Source: Eledone cirrhosa
Lineage: Eukaryota
Assembly (NCBI GenBank): GCA_964016885.1
Contig: OZ024766.1
Span: forward strand, 9,424,001 to 9,488,000
DNA: 64,000 nucleotides
Direction: 5' to 3'
The notes under the pieces are model-generated. The model ran no database searches and was not told the origin of the DNA. It saw only the letters and a program-made list of their open reading frames with translations. Of this stretch, positions 12,592 to 25,471 are shown piece after piece. The translations under genes were made by a program, and so were the position numbers. Position 1 is the stretch's first letter, and each line of letters begins with the position of its first letter.

Positions 12592-14495
12592 GTATTACTC
12601 TATATATACTGTTGTATTTTCACAGTAAAGGCTTTACCTCATATAATACCTCACATAACATTTACATTACTCTATATATACTATTGTATTGTCACAGTAA
12701 AGGCTTTACCTCTCATAATATCTCACATAACATTTACATTACTCTATATATACTATTGTATTTTCACAGTAAAGGCTTTACCTCACATAATATCTCACAT
12801 AACATTTACATTACTCTATATATACTATTGTATTTTCACAGTAAAGGCTTTACCTCACATAATATCTCACATAACATTTACATTACTCTATATATACTAT
12901 TGTATTTTCACAGTAAAGACTTTACCTCACATAATATCTCACATAGCATTTACGTTACTCTATATATACTATTGTATTTTCACAGTAAAGGCTTTACCTC
13001 ACATAATATCTCACATAACATTTACATTACTCTATATATACTATTGTATTTTCACAGTAAAGGCTTTACCACACATAATATCTCACATAACATTTACATT
13101 ACTCTATATATACTATTGTATTGTCACAGTAAAGGCTTTACCTCACATAATACCTCACATAACATTTACATTACTCTATATATACTATTGTATTTTCACA
13201 GTAAAGGCTTTACCTCACATAATATCTCACATAACATTTACATTACTCTATATATACTATTGTATTTTCACAGTAAAGGCTTTACCTCACATAATATCTC
13301 ACATAACATTTACATTACTCTATATATACTATTGTATTTTCACAGTAAAGGCTTTACCACACATAATATCTCACATAACATTTACATTACTCTATATATA
13401 CTATTGTATTGTCACAGTAAAGGCTTTACCTCACATAATACCTCACATAACATTTACATTACTCTATATATACTATTGTATTTTCACAGTAAAGGCTTTA
13501 CCTCACATAATATCTCACATAACATTTACATTACTCTATATATACTATTGTATTTTCACAGTAAAGGCTTTACCTCACATAATATCTCACATAACATTTA
13601 CATTACTCTATATATACTATTGTATTTTCACAGTAAAGGCTTTACCTCACATAATATCTCACATAACATTTACATTACTCTATATATACTATTGTATTTT
13701 CACAGTAAAGGCTTTACCTCACATAATATCTCACATAACATTTACATTACTCTATATATACTATTGTATTTTCACAGTAAAGGCTTTACCTCACATAATA
13801 TCTCACATAACATTTACATTACTCTATATATACTATTGTATTTTCACAGTAAAGGCTTTACCTCACATAATATCTCACAACATTTACATTACTCTATATA
13901 TACTATTGTATTTTCACAGTAAAGGCTTTACCTCACATAATATCTCACATAACATCTACATTACTCTATATATACTATTGTATTTTCACAGTAAAGTCTT
14001 TACCTCACATAATATCTCACATAACATCTACATTACTCTATATATACCATTGTATTTTCACAGTAAAGGCTTTACCTCACATAATATCTCACAACATTTA
14101 CATTACTCTATATATACTATTGTATTTTCACAGTAAAGGCTTTACCTTACATAATATCTCACATAACATCTACATTACTCTATATATACTATTGTATTTT
14201 CACAGTAAAGTCTTTACCTCACATAATATCTCACATAACATCTACATTACTCTATATATACCATTGTATTTTCACAGTAAAGGCTTTACCTCACATAATA
14301 TCTCACATAACATTTACATTACTCTATATATACTATTGTATTGTCACAGTAAAGGCTTTACCTCACATAATATCTCACATAATATCTACATTACTCTATA
14401 TATACTATTCTATTGTCACAGTAAAGGCTTTACCTCACATAATATCTCACATAATATCTACATTACTCTATATATACTATTGTATTTTCACAGTA
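12592..14495. repeat. 72-bp minisatellite (~26 copies)
   Basis: 24-aa periodic pseudo-ORF. Begins just after TTAA-ACCTTTAGCATT; a second array of the same unit lies on the opposite strand at 42993-43499, ending in AATGCTAAAGGG-TTAA. Confidence 0.95.
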
Positions 14496-14615
14496 CAGGG
14501 ATATTTCAACTCGTAAAATATAGATAGAAATAGTTACATCCTACGCCATGTTAGAAGAATGTTCAAATATTACTGTTTAAAGGGAGATAATCAAAGCAGA
14601 ATAATTTCTTCACTG

Positions 14616-14695
<80 letters not shown>

Positions 14696-14858
14696 TGAGA
14701 TAAATGGAAACTAGGTTTTTATACACCCCTAAATAATGACTAATTATCTATATATTATCTAATAATCTATCTATTATATATATATGAAGTAATTCGGCTA
14801 CAGAGCTTATTAGTTATGTAAGCCCAGCCTATGTAATATTTCTCTCCTTGTTATCCAG

Positions 14859-14933
14859 TTTGAACGTACCACATTAGATATTGCACATGGCAATGCACGA
14901 CAGGACATATTGCAGCTGCTGCACATGGGACAG
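14859..14933 (+). CDS. GABPB1: GABPB coding exon 4 (FERTTLDIAHGNARQDILQLLHMGQ)
   Basis: Acceptor ttatccag|, donor CAG|GTAAGT, 75 nt; aligns to the last partial ankyrin repeat of vertebrate GABPB (F.KTAFDI.IDNGN.DL.EILQ). Confidence 0.93.
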
Positions 14934-15064
14934 GTAAGTCTTATTATTGCACAGACACCGACTATGTCTGGGTATGTGTCTGTATGTGCGTAAATGTGTT
15001 TATCTAAGTATGTGTGGATCTTAAATGATATCATCATCATCGTTTAACGTCCATCTTCCACGCT

Positions 15065-15104
<40 letters not shown>

Positions 15105-15107
<3 letters not shown>

Positions 15108-15815
15108 GGTGCGGACGATATTTGTTCGCAAGATTACTGTCTAGGAAAAGATAACACAGTAGTTTTATTTTTTAAGATATATTTATCAAACTTGGGTCAG
15201 TTTGTCTTCATGACTTGTTCTTTCGATCTCACTCGATAATCCCGCCATTGGCTTTGATGACGGTCTCAAGGTGGCCTCGGAACCGGCTACAGGCCTTCGT
15301 CACTGTCCCCCGACTTAGGCCCCTAAAGGCACTTGTGATCCTGGCCTTCAGATCGTCTTTCGTATTGCAGCTAGATCTGTTGGTGTCTCGTTCCACTGTG
15401 CCCCACACAAAGAAGTCGAGGGGGGTTGCAGTCAGGCGAGCTGGGAGGCCAGATGTCAGGTGAAGTGTGGTCGACAAAGTTCTCTGACAGCCAGGCTTGG
15501 GTCTTTCGGCTGGTATGGCAGGGCGATGAGTCTTGCTGCCACACGTACGGCCTACCTGCAGTTACCTGGTCGATCCAGGGCTTTACTACCTCGCTCAGAA
15601 CGCGGATGTAGCCATCGGTGTTCAGCTTGAGGGCCTCAGGGAAGAAGTGAGGTGGGATGACGTCACCTTGACTGCTGACGACACCTAAGACCAATGTTGT
15701 TGCTGGAAACTTTGTCTGCATGACTCTGGGCACGTCTTTGGATGAGACAGCGAGCCACCTGTTGTTCTGGGAGTTGATCTTCTGGTCTTATTTGTCCTCC
15801 CGGCGCGGATTCCAA
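15105..15815 (-). mobile_element. Truncated Tc1/mariner DD37D (maT) transposon, frameshifted transposase
   Basis: VWQQDSSPCHT...WPPSSPDCNP/LDFFVW has 37 residues between the 2nd and 3rd Asp. +1 frameshift in the G run at 15420-15425; TA|CAGGGTG terminus at 15105; 5' part missing. Confidence 0.88.
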
Positions 15816-16204
15816 GAAGAAAAACGTTGCAAATGAAGGAAAACAGGAAGACGAAAGTTTGGTTCGTGAAGACGTTCCCTGCCATTGAACGGAAAAAAGC
15901 GAAGATAATACGTTGTTATGCGGAGCGATGAGAACAATTACACGCAGAGACAAAGCCATGTTTATGGTATAAATGGAGTCATTAGACTAATACTCTATTT
16001 AGGAAACCGAATGATTCTCGGCTTCGGAGTTAAGGATAATGTCAATAAATTTGTTGAACGAAAATGACAGAGGTTATTAAAATCTATATATATATGTAGG
16101 CTGATGAATTTGAGGAGCAGAAGGTGCCCTCCCCAGGTTCCCTAGAAGCTTCAGGTGGTGCAGGATTGGTTGGGTACCTGAGTCAACCCTGGGTAGTTCT
16201 CCCC

Positions 16205-16571
16205 CCTTTGGGCTTGCAATCGAAAGGTTGTGAGTTCAATTCTCGGACCGGGTGATGTGTTGTTTCCTTGAGCAAGACACTTTATTTCACATTGCTCCAG
16301 TTTACTCAGCTGTAGAAATGAGATGATAGGGACTGGGGTCCCTATCATTCCACTGCAAAGTGGTCATGGAGGTGCCACGGCAAAAAAGCACCCAGCACTC
16401 ACTGTAAATGAGGTTGGTGTTAGGAAGGGCATCCAGCTGTAGAAATCAAGCCAGAATCAGTTCCTGTATGAGCAAGACAAGGTCAGCCGACCAGACACTG
16501 CCCACAACAGGACAACCCGTCTAACCCATGCTAGCGTGGAAGAACGGACGTAAAACGGTGATGATGATGAT
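16205..16571 (+). mobile_element. tRNA-derived CORE-type SINE (5'-truncated)
   Basis: B box GAGTTCAATTC, CCTTGAGCAAGACACTT core, RTE-like tail ending GGACGTAAAACGG(TGA)n. Confidence 0.85.
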
Positions 16572-16734
16572 TGGGGAATTTTCGTGGTTGTATTTTTCTT
16601 GTTTATTGTTATTGTTTTCCTATTTTTTTACTCGATTTTTGTGTAAAAACCCCCACTGTCCCCGTCTGTTGTATTTTCCCCTCCATGTCAGCCCTTGTGG
16701 CCAATAAATGAAACCATTATTATTATTGTTGTTT

Positions 16735-17315
16735 TAAGGACGGTGGATTGGCAGTATCGGTAGAGCGTCAGACTCCATGCTTCGAGGCATAGAGTTACGG
16801 CCCTTTACGTTCTGAGTTCAAGTCCCGTCGAGGTCAACTTTGTGTTTCATCCTTACGGAGTCGATAAAATAAAGTACCAGTAATACACTGGGGTAATTGC
16901 TGGCCTTGTGCCTAAAGTAGAAACAGTTGTTACAGGGTTGATAAAATAAAGTACCAGTAATACACTGATGTAATCGCTGGCCTTGTGCCAAAAGTAGAAA
17001 CAATTGATACAGAGTTGATAAAATAAAGTACCAGTAATACACTGGAGTAATTGCTGGCCTTGTGCCAAAAAGTAGAAACAATTGATACAGGGTTGATAAA
17101 ATAAAGTACCAGTAATACACTGATGTAATCGCTGGCCTTGTGCCAAAAGTAGAAACAGTTATTACAGGGTCGATAAAATAAAGTACCAGTAATACACTGG
17201 GGTAATTGCTGGCCTTGTGCCAAAAGTAGAAACAGTTATTACAGGGTTGATAAAAATAAAGTACCAGTAATACACTGGGGTAATTGCTGGCCTTGTGCCT
17301 AAAGTAGAAACATTT
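16735..17315 (+). mobile_element. Second tRNA-derived SINE family with its ~62-bp 3' segment tandemly repeated
   Basis: A box TGGCAGTATCGGTAGAGC, B box GAGTTCAAGTCC, repeated GATAAAATAAAGTACCAGTAATACACTG...GCCTTGTGCC. Minus-strand relatives at 26440-26612, 43940-44048, 48745-49460, 49860-50670, 51170-51340 and 54971-55453. Confidence 0.85.
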
Positions 17316-17369
17316 TTTTATTGTTATTGTTTTACTGTAATGACGTATTTCTCTTCTTCCTCTTCCAAG

Positions 17370-17543
17370 AACAATCCGGATTTGACGGGATTGACGGAGG
17401 GTGAAACGGTCACCATAGAAACGACGGATGCAGAGACGTTGGCTTCGGCCGGCATCGTGAGTCACGTGATCGAGGAGGTTCCCACGACGACGGTGGTCAG
17501 CACCGCCGCCCTCCTGGAACAACAACAGCACCACCACCACCAA

Positions 17544-17575
<32 letters not shown>

Positions 17576-17757
17576 CCACCACCACCACACCCCAACACCG
17601 CCACCACAACAACAACAGCAGCAGGTGGTGGTGACGGGGACATCCGTAGATAGCCTGGAGGTCAAAGACCCCAGCGTCACCACCACCACCACCGCCGCCA
17701 CCACCAACCTTCTACCTGTCACCCTGGTCCCCACTGAAACAGCTTCACAGAAGAATG
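17370..17757 (+). CDS. GABPB1: GABPB coding exon 5 (low-complexity linker with polyQ/polyH)
   Basis: Acceptor tcttccaag|, donor G|GTACGG. The frame is open and the phases (0/1) fit the flanking exons, but sequence conservation is weak. Confidence 0.8.
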
Positions 17758-17779
17758 GTACGGCTTTATCTTTGTTGTA

Positions 17780-19235
17780 TGTGGTTTTTGTTGTGGTTGT
17801 TGTTGTTGTATGTACTGTGTTGTGGTTTGTTTAGATGATGTGATGTGATATATGTTGTGATGTATGTTGTGGTTTGTTTAGATGATGTGATGTGATATAT
17901 GTTGTGTTGTTGTGATTGTGATTGTGATGTGGTTGTGATGTTGTTGTGATTGTGATGTGGTTGTTGTTGTGATGTATGTTGTGGTTTGTTTAGATGATGT
18001 GATGTGATATATGTTGTTGTGTTGTGATTGTGATGTTGTATGTTGTGGTTTGTTTAGATGATGTGATGTGATATATGTTGTTGTGTTGTTGTGATGTATG
18101 TTGTGGTTTGTTTAGATGATGTGATGTGATATATGTTGTTGTGTTGTTGTTGTTGTGATGTATGTTGTCGTTTGTTTAGATGATGTGATGTGATATATGT
18201 TGTTGTGATGTTGTGTTGTTGTGATTGTGATGTGGTTGTGATGTTGTATGTTGTGGTTTGTTTAGATGATGTGATGTGTTGTTGTTGTGATTGTGATGTA
18301 TGTACTGTGTTGTGGTTTGTTTAGATGATGTGATGTGATATATGTTGTTGTGATGTTGTGTTGTTGTTGTGATGTTGTATGTTGTGGTTTGTTTAGATGA
18401 TGTGATGTGATATATGTTATTGTGATGTGGTTGTTGTGTGTACTGTGTTGTGGTTTGTTTAGATGATGTGATGTGGTTGTGATGTTGTATGTTGTCGTTT
18501 GTTTAGATGATGTGATGTGATATATGTTGTGTTGTGGTTGTTGTGATGTTGTTGTATGTACTGTGTTGTGGTTTGTTTAGATGATGTGATGTGATATATG
18601 TTGTGATGTTGTTGTGATTGTGATGTGGTTGTGATGTTGTATGTTGTGGTTTGTTTAGATGATGTGATGTGATATATGTTGTGATGTTGTATGTTGTGGT
18701 TTGTTTAGATGATGTGATGTGATATATGTTGTTGTGATGTTGTGTTGTTGTTGTTGTGATGTATGTTGTCGTTTGTTTAGATGATGTGATGTGATATATG
18801 TTATGTTGTGATGTGTGTTGCTGTGGTTGTGGTTGTGGTTGTGATGTGGTTGTTGTGATGTATGTTGTGGTTTGTTTAGATGATGTGATATATGTTGTGA
18901 TTGTGATGTGTGTTGCTGTAGTTGTGGTTGTGGTTGTGATGTTGTATGTTGTGGTTTGTTTAGATTATGGGATATATGTTGTTGTGATGTGTGTTGTTGT
19001 GATGTGGTTGTTGTGTTGTTGTATTGCTGTGGTTGTGTTGTTGTGTTGTGATGTGTGTTGCTGTGGTTGTGATGTTGTGTTGTGATGTGGTTGTTGTGTT
19101 GCTGTGGTTGTGATGTGTGTTGCTGTGGTGTTGTGATGTGTGGTGTTGTGATGTGTGGTGTGTTGCTGTGGTTGTGATGTGTGTTGCTGTGATTGTGGTG
19201 TTGTGATGTGTGTTGCTGTGATTGTGATGTGGTTA
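17780..19235. repeat. GT-rich degenerate microsatellite/minisatellite
   Basis: Recurrent GTTGTGGTTTGTTTAGATGATGTGATGTGATATAT motif within (GTT/GAT/GTG)n. Confidence 0.9.
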
Positions 19236-19456
19236 TAAACATTTATATTTGTTGAATTACCAACAAATTGAATATCCCTTCTGCTTATATATATATATAT
19301 ATATGAAGTAATTCCATCGGAAAAGTCCAGGAAAAAAGAGTGCTCTATGTAGGCAACAGAGCATAATTATTATTAATAAATGGAATAATTACCTTATGTT
19401 GTTTATTACATAATAATAATATATATATATATATATATCTTTCTTTTATTTTCCAG

Positions 19457-19537
19457 AAAATTCAGAACAAAGTAGTACCTCAGTTCTGGCCACACTAGCA
19501 GTACTTGCAGAGGCCACTGCACCATTCAATGCACAAA
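19457..19537 (+). CDS. GABPB1: GABPB coding exon 6 (ENSEQSSTSVLATLAVLAEATAPFNAQ)
   Basis: Acceptor ttttccag|, donor A|GTAAGT, phase 1/1; conserved GABPB motif TSVLATLA.LAEA.AP. Confidence 0.93.
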
Positions 19538-19703
19538 GTAAGTACCATCACCCCTTCCCCTCAACACACCTCCCCCTCAACACACCTCCCTATCATTATC
19601 ATAACCTTTTATGCCCGTTTTTTTTCCACTATTATACAACCCCTATATACCAGAAAACCTATATATATATATATATATTTGATATATTTTGATACCTCAC
19701 ATT

Positions 19704-19742
<39 letters not shown>

Positions 19743-20053
19743 CTGTGTGTGTGTGTATATATATATATGTATATATACACACACACATATATATATGTAT
19801 TATGTTGGTACCACAACATCCATGAGGTCGTGTAGGTGTAATGTGGCCGTGTAGGCAACACGGTAAAAACCTCCCAGTCCACACTGTAAACGTGGTTGGT
19901 GTTAGGAAGGGCATCCAGCCATAGAAAACCCGCCAGACAGTCCTATACGAGCAAGACAACCAATCTTGCCTCAAGTGGGAAAACTCCCATCCAAACCCAT
20001 GCAAGCGTGGAAGATGGACATTAAACGATGATGATGATGATGATGATGATATA

Positions 20054-20117
<64 letters not shown>

Positions 20118-20155
20118 TATGTGTAATATAATACACATTTGTCCTGTCCTGATAA

Positions 20156-20229
<74 letters not shown>

Positions 20230-20230
20230 A

Positions 20231-20261
<31 letters not shown>

Positions 20262-20326
20262 GTAATATAATACACATATGTCCTGTCCTAATAATATATC
20301 TCTCTCTATATATATATCTATTACAG

Positions 20327-20446
20327 ACCCTAGTACAGCAGAAGCTATGAGTTGGTTAGAAAGTCAAGGTATCACTATGATTTCTACAAACGATGCTGGT
20401 ATTCTCACCTCAGCTGTGGAAAGTGGTCAGTCTATTGCTCTCACAG
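20327..20446 (+). CDS. GABPB1: GABPB coding exon 7 (PSTAEAMSWLESQGITM...AVESGQSIALT)
   Basis: Acceptor ttacag|, donor G|GTAAAT, 120 nt, phase 1/1, frame continuous with exons 6 and 8. Confidence 0.88.
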
Positions 20447-20644
20447 GTAAATATGTCTGTCTGTCTGTCTGTCTGTCTGTCTAGCTATCTGTCTATCTGT
20501 CTGTCTGTCTGTCTATCTGTCTGTCTGTCTAGCTATTTGTCTATCTGCCTGTCTATCTATCTATCTGTCTGTCTGTCTAGCTATCTGTCTGTCTATCTAT
20601 CTATTTGTCTGTCTGTCTAGCTATCTGTCTGTCTGTCTATCTGC

Positions 20645-21206
20645 CCGTCGGGTGGGACCAATCCAGTTGACCACCGAGTCCATTGTCATGATCAAACCGC
20701 CACCCTCCTTCAAAAACGAAGGAGAGGCGGTTTTCCTTTGTGTGATAGCTATGGTGAAAGAGGTTGTATGGTGGACAAGGTTGAAAGGGCTGAGGTCAGA
20801 CACCTTTCTCTCCAGCCAACAACTGATTCTTTTTTTCAAATACCACTTTGGAAGAAGAATCAGGATGGAGAGAGAGGTGCTGTACCCCAGCAAGTTTTAT
20901 GAAAGGTGGGTGAAAGTGGCGAGAATGGCCCGAGTGAATGGGCCTTCTCTCTATATCAGCCTGTAGATTGAGGAAAAGGAGGAGGAGAGGAAAGGAGTAC
21001 AAGCTCTTCGTACTCCTGGAGATGAGGGTTGCACATTTTTTTTCGGGGGTATGTGTTACCCATATAAACTGTCTCCCTCTATTGGGGAAAATCGACTAAC
21101 TTTTAAATTCCATCTGTGATAACATTTTACACGTTTTTATTGTATGTAAACTTCCCCCTTTGTATTTGTCCCCTTCTTTTGTGCCCCTGTGGCTAATAAA
21201 GAAATA
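20645..21206 (+). mobile_element. Tx1/L1-like LINE 3' fragment (copy 1)
   Basis: ORF tail homologous to 22270-22589; 3' UTR ends GTGGCTAATAAAGAAAT; inserted in (TCTG/TCTA)n. Confidence 0.75.
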
Positions 21207-21504
21207 TATCTATCTGTCTGTCTGTCTAGCTATATGTCTGCCTGTCTGTCTGTCTAGCTATCTGTCTGTCTGTCTGTCTGTCTGTCTAGCTATTTGTCTA
21301 TCTGCCTGTCTATCTATCTATCTGTCTAGCTATCTGTCTGTCTATCTATCTGTCTGTCTGTCTATCTATTTGTCTGTCTGTCTAGCTATCTGTCTGTCTG
21401 TCTATCTATTTGTCTGTCTGTCTAGCTATCTGTCTGTCTGTCTGTCTGTCTGTCTAGCTATCTGTCTGTCTATCTTTATATTTATCTAGCTGTTTATCTA
21501 TTTG

Positions 21505-22828
21505 TCTCAGTACGTGATAAGATCTACAGGCACGGACGCCTCCGGCAGGGATCCTGCCAAGATGGGAGCAGGGCATTGAAACCATCTAGAACACCTCACC
21601 AAGATGGAACGCATGCTCTTCCAGTTCCTTTCGAAGAAGCAGGCTCCGCTGGTGAGGAGATCCGTCTGCTGTCAGCACCCTTCCAACGGAGGGCTGGGAA
21701 TGCCATGGCTGATGATGCGCAAACATGCGCTGAGGCTACGGCATCTTCAGGTATTCCTCACTGACCCCCAACCGGTGTGGGCACCGTTTGTGAGACAGGC
21801 CTTCCCGCAACTTGTCTCGCTGACGGAGCTGCAGTCTTGGGTCAAGCGGAGGCCGAAAAAGATGGGCGCCTGGCACGTTGAATGCGCTCAGGCGCTCACA
21901 GTCCTCTGTCAAGCGAGCACGGTAATCAGTGGAGACTCCACTTCGACATTCTATAGAGATATTGTACGTTACAAGTGCGATGACATGCTTGGAAAGACTC
22001 TGGGCGTCGAAGATGACGAGCTCACCAGTCTGTTTGGCAGGACTTTCCGCCCGGGACCTATGGACAACTTCCAAAGGTCCCTGGCCTGGCACTGCTATGA
22101 GGAGCTCAACCAGTTCGTGGCAAGATCTACAGGCACGGACGCCCCTGCAGGGATCCTTCCAAGAGGATGTGTCCAAGATGCGAGCAGGACATTGAAACAC
22201 TTGTTTTTGCAATTGTACACTGCCCGGGCGTAACCGACCTGTGGAACTATGCAGAACAACTGCTGTCGCGTATGGGACAAATCCAGTTGACTGCCGAGTC
22301 CATAGTAAGGATCAAACCGCCACCTTCATTTAAAAACGAAAGAGAGGTGGTTTTCCTCTATACACTGGCTATGGTGAAAGAGGTTATATGGTGGACGAGG
22401 TTGAGAGGACTGAGGACAGATGCCTTTTTGTGCTCCGGACAACAACTCATTCCCTTCTTTAGGTACCACTTTAGAAGGAGAATCAGAGTGGAGAGAGAGG
22501 CACTGCACCCCAGTAAATTTACTGAAAGGTGGGTGAATGTGGCAAAAATGGCCCGAGTGATTGGGCCTTCTCTGTATATAAACCTGTAGGTTGAAGAAGA
22601 GAGCAAAAGGAAGAAAGGAGCACTTGCACAACACGCTCCTGGAGTTGAGGGTTGTTCTATCTACGGGGTATTAAACAACCCATTTGTGGCGCCTCCCCCC
22701 TATTGGGGATTTCGATTGTTATAATTGTTTGTTTTATATTTTTTTTACACGACTGTATGTAAAATCCCCGGCATGTCTTTGTTTTGTCCCCTTTTCTTGT
22801 GCGCCCTTGTGGCTAATAAAGAAATATA
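21505..22828 (+). mobile_element. Tx1/L1-like LINE 3' fragment (copy 2), frameshifted
   Basis: GGLGMP motif and zinc-knuckle-like CPRC...E...HC, followed by the same 3' UTR and AATAAA end as copy 1. Confidence 0.78.
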
Positions 22829-22890
22829 TCTGTCTATCTATCTACCTACCTACCTACTTATCTACCTACCTATTTATTTATATTCACCAG

Positions 22891-23018
22891 AAGCAGGGAA
22901 GATGGCCCTCAATATATTTAAACAGCAGGGCCTGTCCCACACTGTAGCCGATGGGGAGCCACATGATCCTGTGGTTGACCCCGTTGTTGAAACAGTAGTT
23001 GGGGACACAAACGACCAG
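22891..23018 (+). CDS. GABPB1: GABPB coding exon 8 (EAGKMALNIFK...GDTNDQ)
   Basis: Acceptor ttcaccag|, donor CAG|GTATGT, phase 1/0. Confidence 0.88.
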
Positions 23019-24131
23019 GTATGTATTGTTAACTCATTTCTGCTGTTTGGAAATGGGCAAATTTAACCCCATTCAGCTCAACATTGCCCTCAATGCATAT
23101 ATCATCATCATCATTTTATGAATAACAATAATGAAATTATTGTGTACAGTGCTCAGGTGCACTACAACTCATCAAAGGTGCATGTATAGTACATAGAATA
23201 ATGTACAAATGTCAGGAAAGTGAACAGTGTATGAGTTATGATATACACACAGATATATATATATATAAATATATATACAGATATATATAAATATATATAA
23301 ATATATATACAGATATATATATATATAAATATATATACAGATATATATAAATATATGTACAGATATATATATATATAAATATATATACAGATATATATAA
23401 ATATATATAAATATATATACAGATATATATATATATAAATATATATAGATATATATAAATATATGTACAGATATATATATATATAAATATATATACAGAT
23501 ATATATATATATATATAAATATATATACAGATATATATATATATAAATATATATACAGATATATATAAATATATATAAATATATATACAGATATATATAA
23601 ATATATGTACAGATATATATATATATAAATATATATACAGATATATATATATATATATAAATATATATACAGATATATATAAATATATGTACAGATATAT
23701 ATATATATATATAAATATATATACAGATATATATAAATATATATAAATATATATACAGATATATATAAATATATGTACAGATATATATATATATAAATAT
23801 ATATACAGATATATATATATATATATAAATATATATACAGATATATATATATATAAATATATATACAGATATATATAAATATATATAAATATATATACAG
23901 ATATATACAGATATAAATATATATACAGATATAAATATATATATATATATCACAGAAAAAAAGAGAATCAGTGTTGTGACGAAAGGAATTTATTGGACAT
24001 AGCAACCAGCTCGAAGCACGATCGATGTGGTGATCAAACCTGACTCTGAAAATCGCAAGGTCCTCAGATACGTCTTGATTCTATGAAGCCATACGGCCAA
24101 CCGCATACGGACGCTTTAAGCATCCAACACC

Positions 24132-24187
<56 letters not shown>

Positions 24188-24343
24188 TTGTGTTATATAT
24201 ATGTGTGTGTGTGTTATATATATGTGTGTGTGTGTGTGTTATATATATATATATGTGTGTGTGTGTTATATATATATATATGTGTGTGTGTGTGTTATAT
24301 ATGTATGTGTGTGTTATATATATATATGTATATGTGTGTACAC

Positions 24344-24398
<55 letters not shown>

Positions 24399-24482
24399 AA
24401 AGGTAAACAGAAATAACAACACAATCAGTACAGTATATGGAAGGGATATATTAGGTTAACGCTTGATATAGCAGGAAGAGGG

Positions 24483-24518
24483 TCTTAACGTTTCGAACGC
24501 TAGTCCTTCATCAGAAGA
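24483..24518 (-). ncRNA. Minimal type-I hammerhead ribozyme (Penelope-like terminus)
   Basis: Minus strand TCTT-CTGATGA-AGGActagcgTTC-GAA-ACGT-T^AAGA; palindromic stem III; related copy at 48664-48699. Confidence 0.65.
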
Positions 24519-24705
24519 AAGAATGAGAAATAAGATAGATTGAAGGGACGGGTGGGGTGGAATTGGAAAAAATGTCTTTAGATAAAAATAACAGGTCCAT
24601 TCATGTTGACATCTCTTGCAAAACTGTTGATGCTGGCGTTTTGTGTATGATTGTGATTTTATTTGGTTTTATTTATTTATTTATTTATTTATTTCTTACT
24701 TTCAG

Positions 24706-24811
24706 AAGGTAATTACCATAGTAACAACGGACCAAACTGAGGAGGAACCTGTTATAGTGACTGTGGCGCCAGAGGTGTCAAACGAGGGAGCACTGACTGT
24801 GGAAGAAGGAG
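24706..24811 (+). CDS. GABPB1: GABPB coding exon 9 (KVITIVTTDQ...EEG)
   Basis: Acceptor ctttcag|, donor G|GTAAGA; the Q.VITIVT motif is shared with vertebrate GABPB. Confidence 0.9.
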
Positions 24812-24832
24812 GTAAGAGGCTACTGCTTGCTG

Positions 24833-24869
<37 letters not shown>

Positions 24870-24900
24870 AAAGAATAGAGGTGTAACACACAAGTTATTA

Positions 24901-25142
24901 TATATTGGTAAACGGAATAGAAAATGCTGACAAATTGTTCACAGTTGAAAAATGGTTTAATTAGGAATAAAAGAGTATTAGTGATTGTATGGGTTAGTAT
25001 TCAGTTGTGGTTTTAAGTTTTAAGTTTTTAAAACTTAAAACCACAACTGAATACTAACCCATACAATTACTAATACTCTTTTATTCCTAATTAAACCATT
25101 TTTCAACTGTGAACAATTTGTCAACATTTTCTATTCCGTTTA

Positions 25143-25150
<8 letters not shown>
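24901..25150. repeat. Near-perfect ~250-bp palindrome (arms ~120 bp) within TA repeats
   Basis: TATATTGGTAAACGGAATAG...GTGGTTTTAAGTTT pairs with AAACTTAAAACCAC...CTATTCCGTTTACCAATATA; two substitutions seen between the arms. Confidence 0.92.
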
Positions 25151-25173
<23 letters not shown>

Positions 25174-25471
25174 CATCATCATCATCATCACCGTTTTACG
25201 TCCGTTCTTCCACGCTAGCATGGGTTAGACGGGTTGTCCTGTTGTGGGCAGTGTCTGGTCGGCTGACCATGCCTTGCTCATACAGGAACAAATATATTAC
25301 ACAGAGAAGTGTGTTACACAGTGAGATGTGTGTAAAGAATTATTACATGTGAGTTTAACCGTTACTGTATGGCAAACAACACCTACAGGTTAACAATTAA
25401 ATAGAAAGAACACGAAGTCAGAATCAAATCTCCGAAGTAGAGTTTTAAATTACCAACCTTATAACTCCTAA

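Noticed and set aside
12612-14527. His/Tyr-rich repetitive ORFs
   Set aside because: Translation of the 72-bp intronic satellite; the same unit occurs antisense in another gene's intron.
23975-24075. Minus-strand CTGAGGA followed later by AATAAA
   Set aside because: Could not build stem II-GAAA-stem III.
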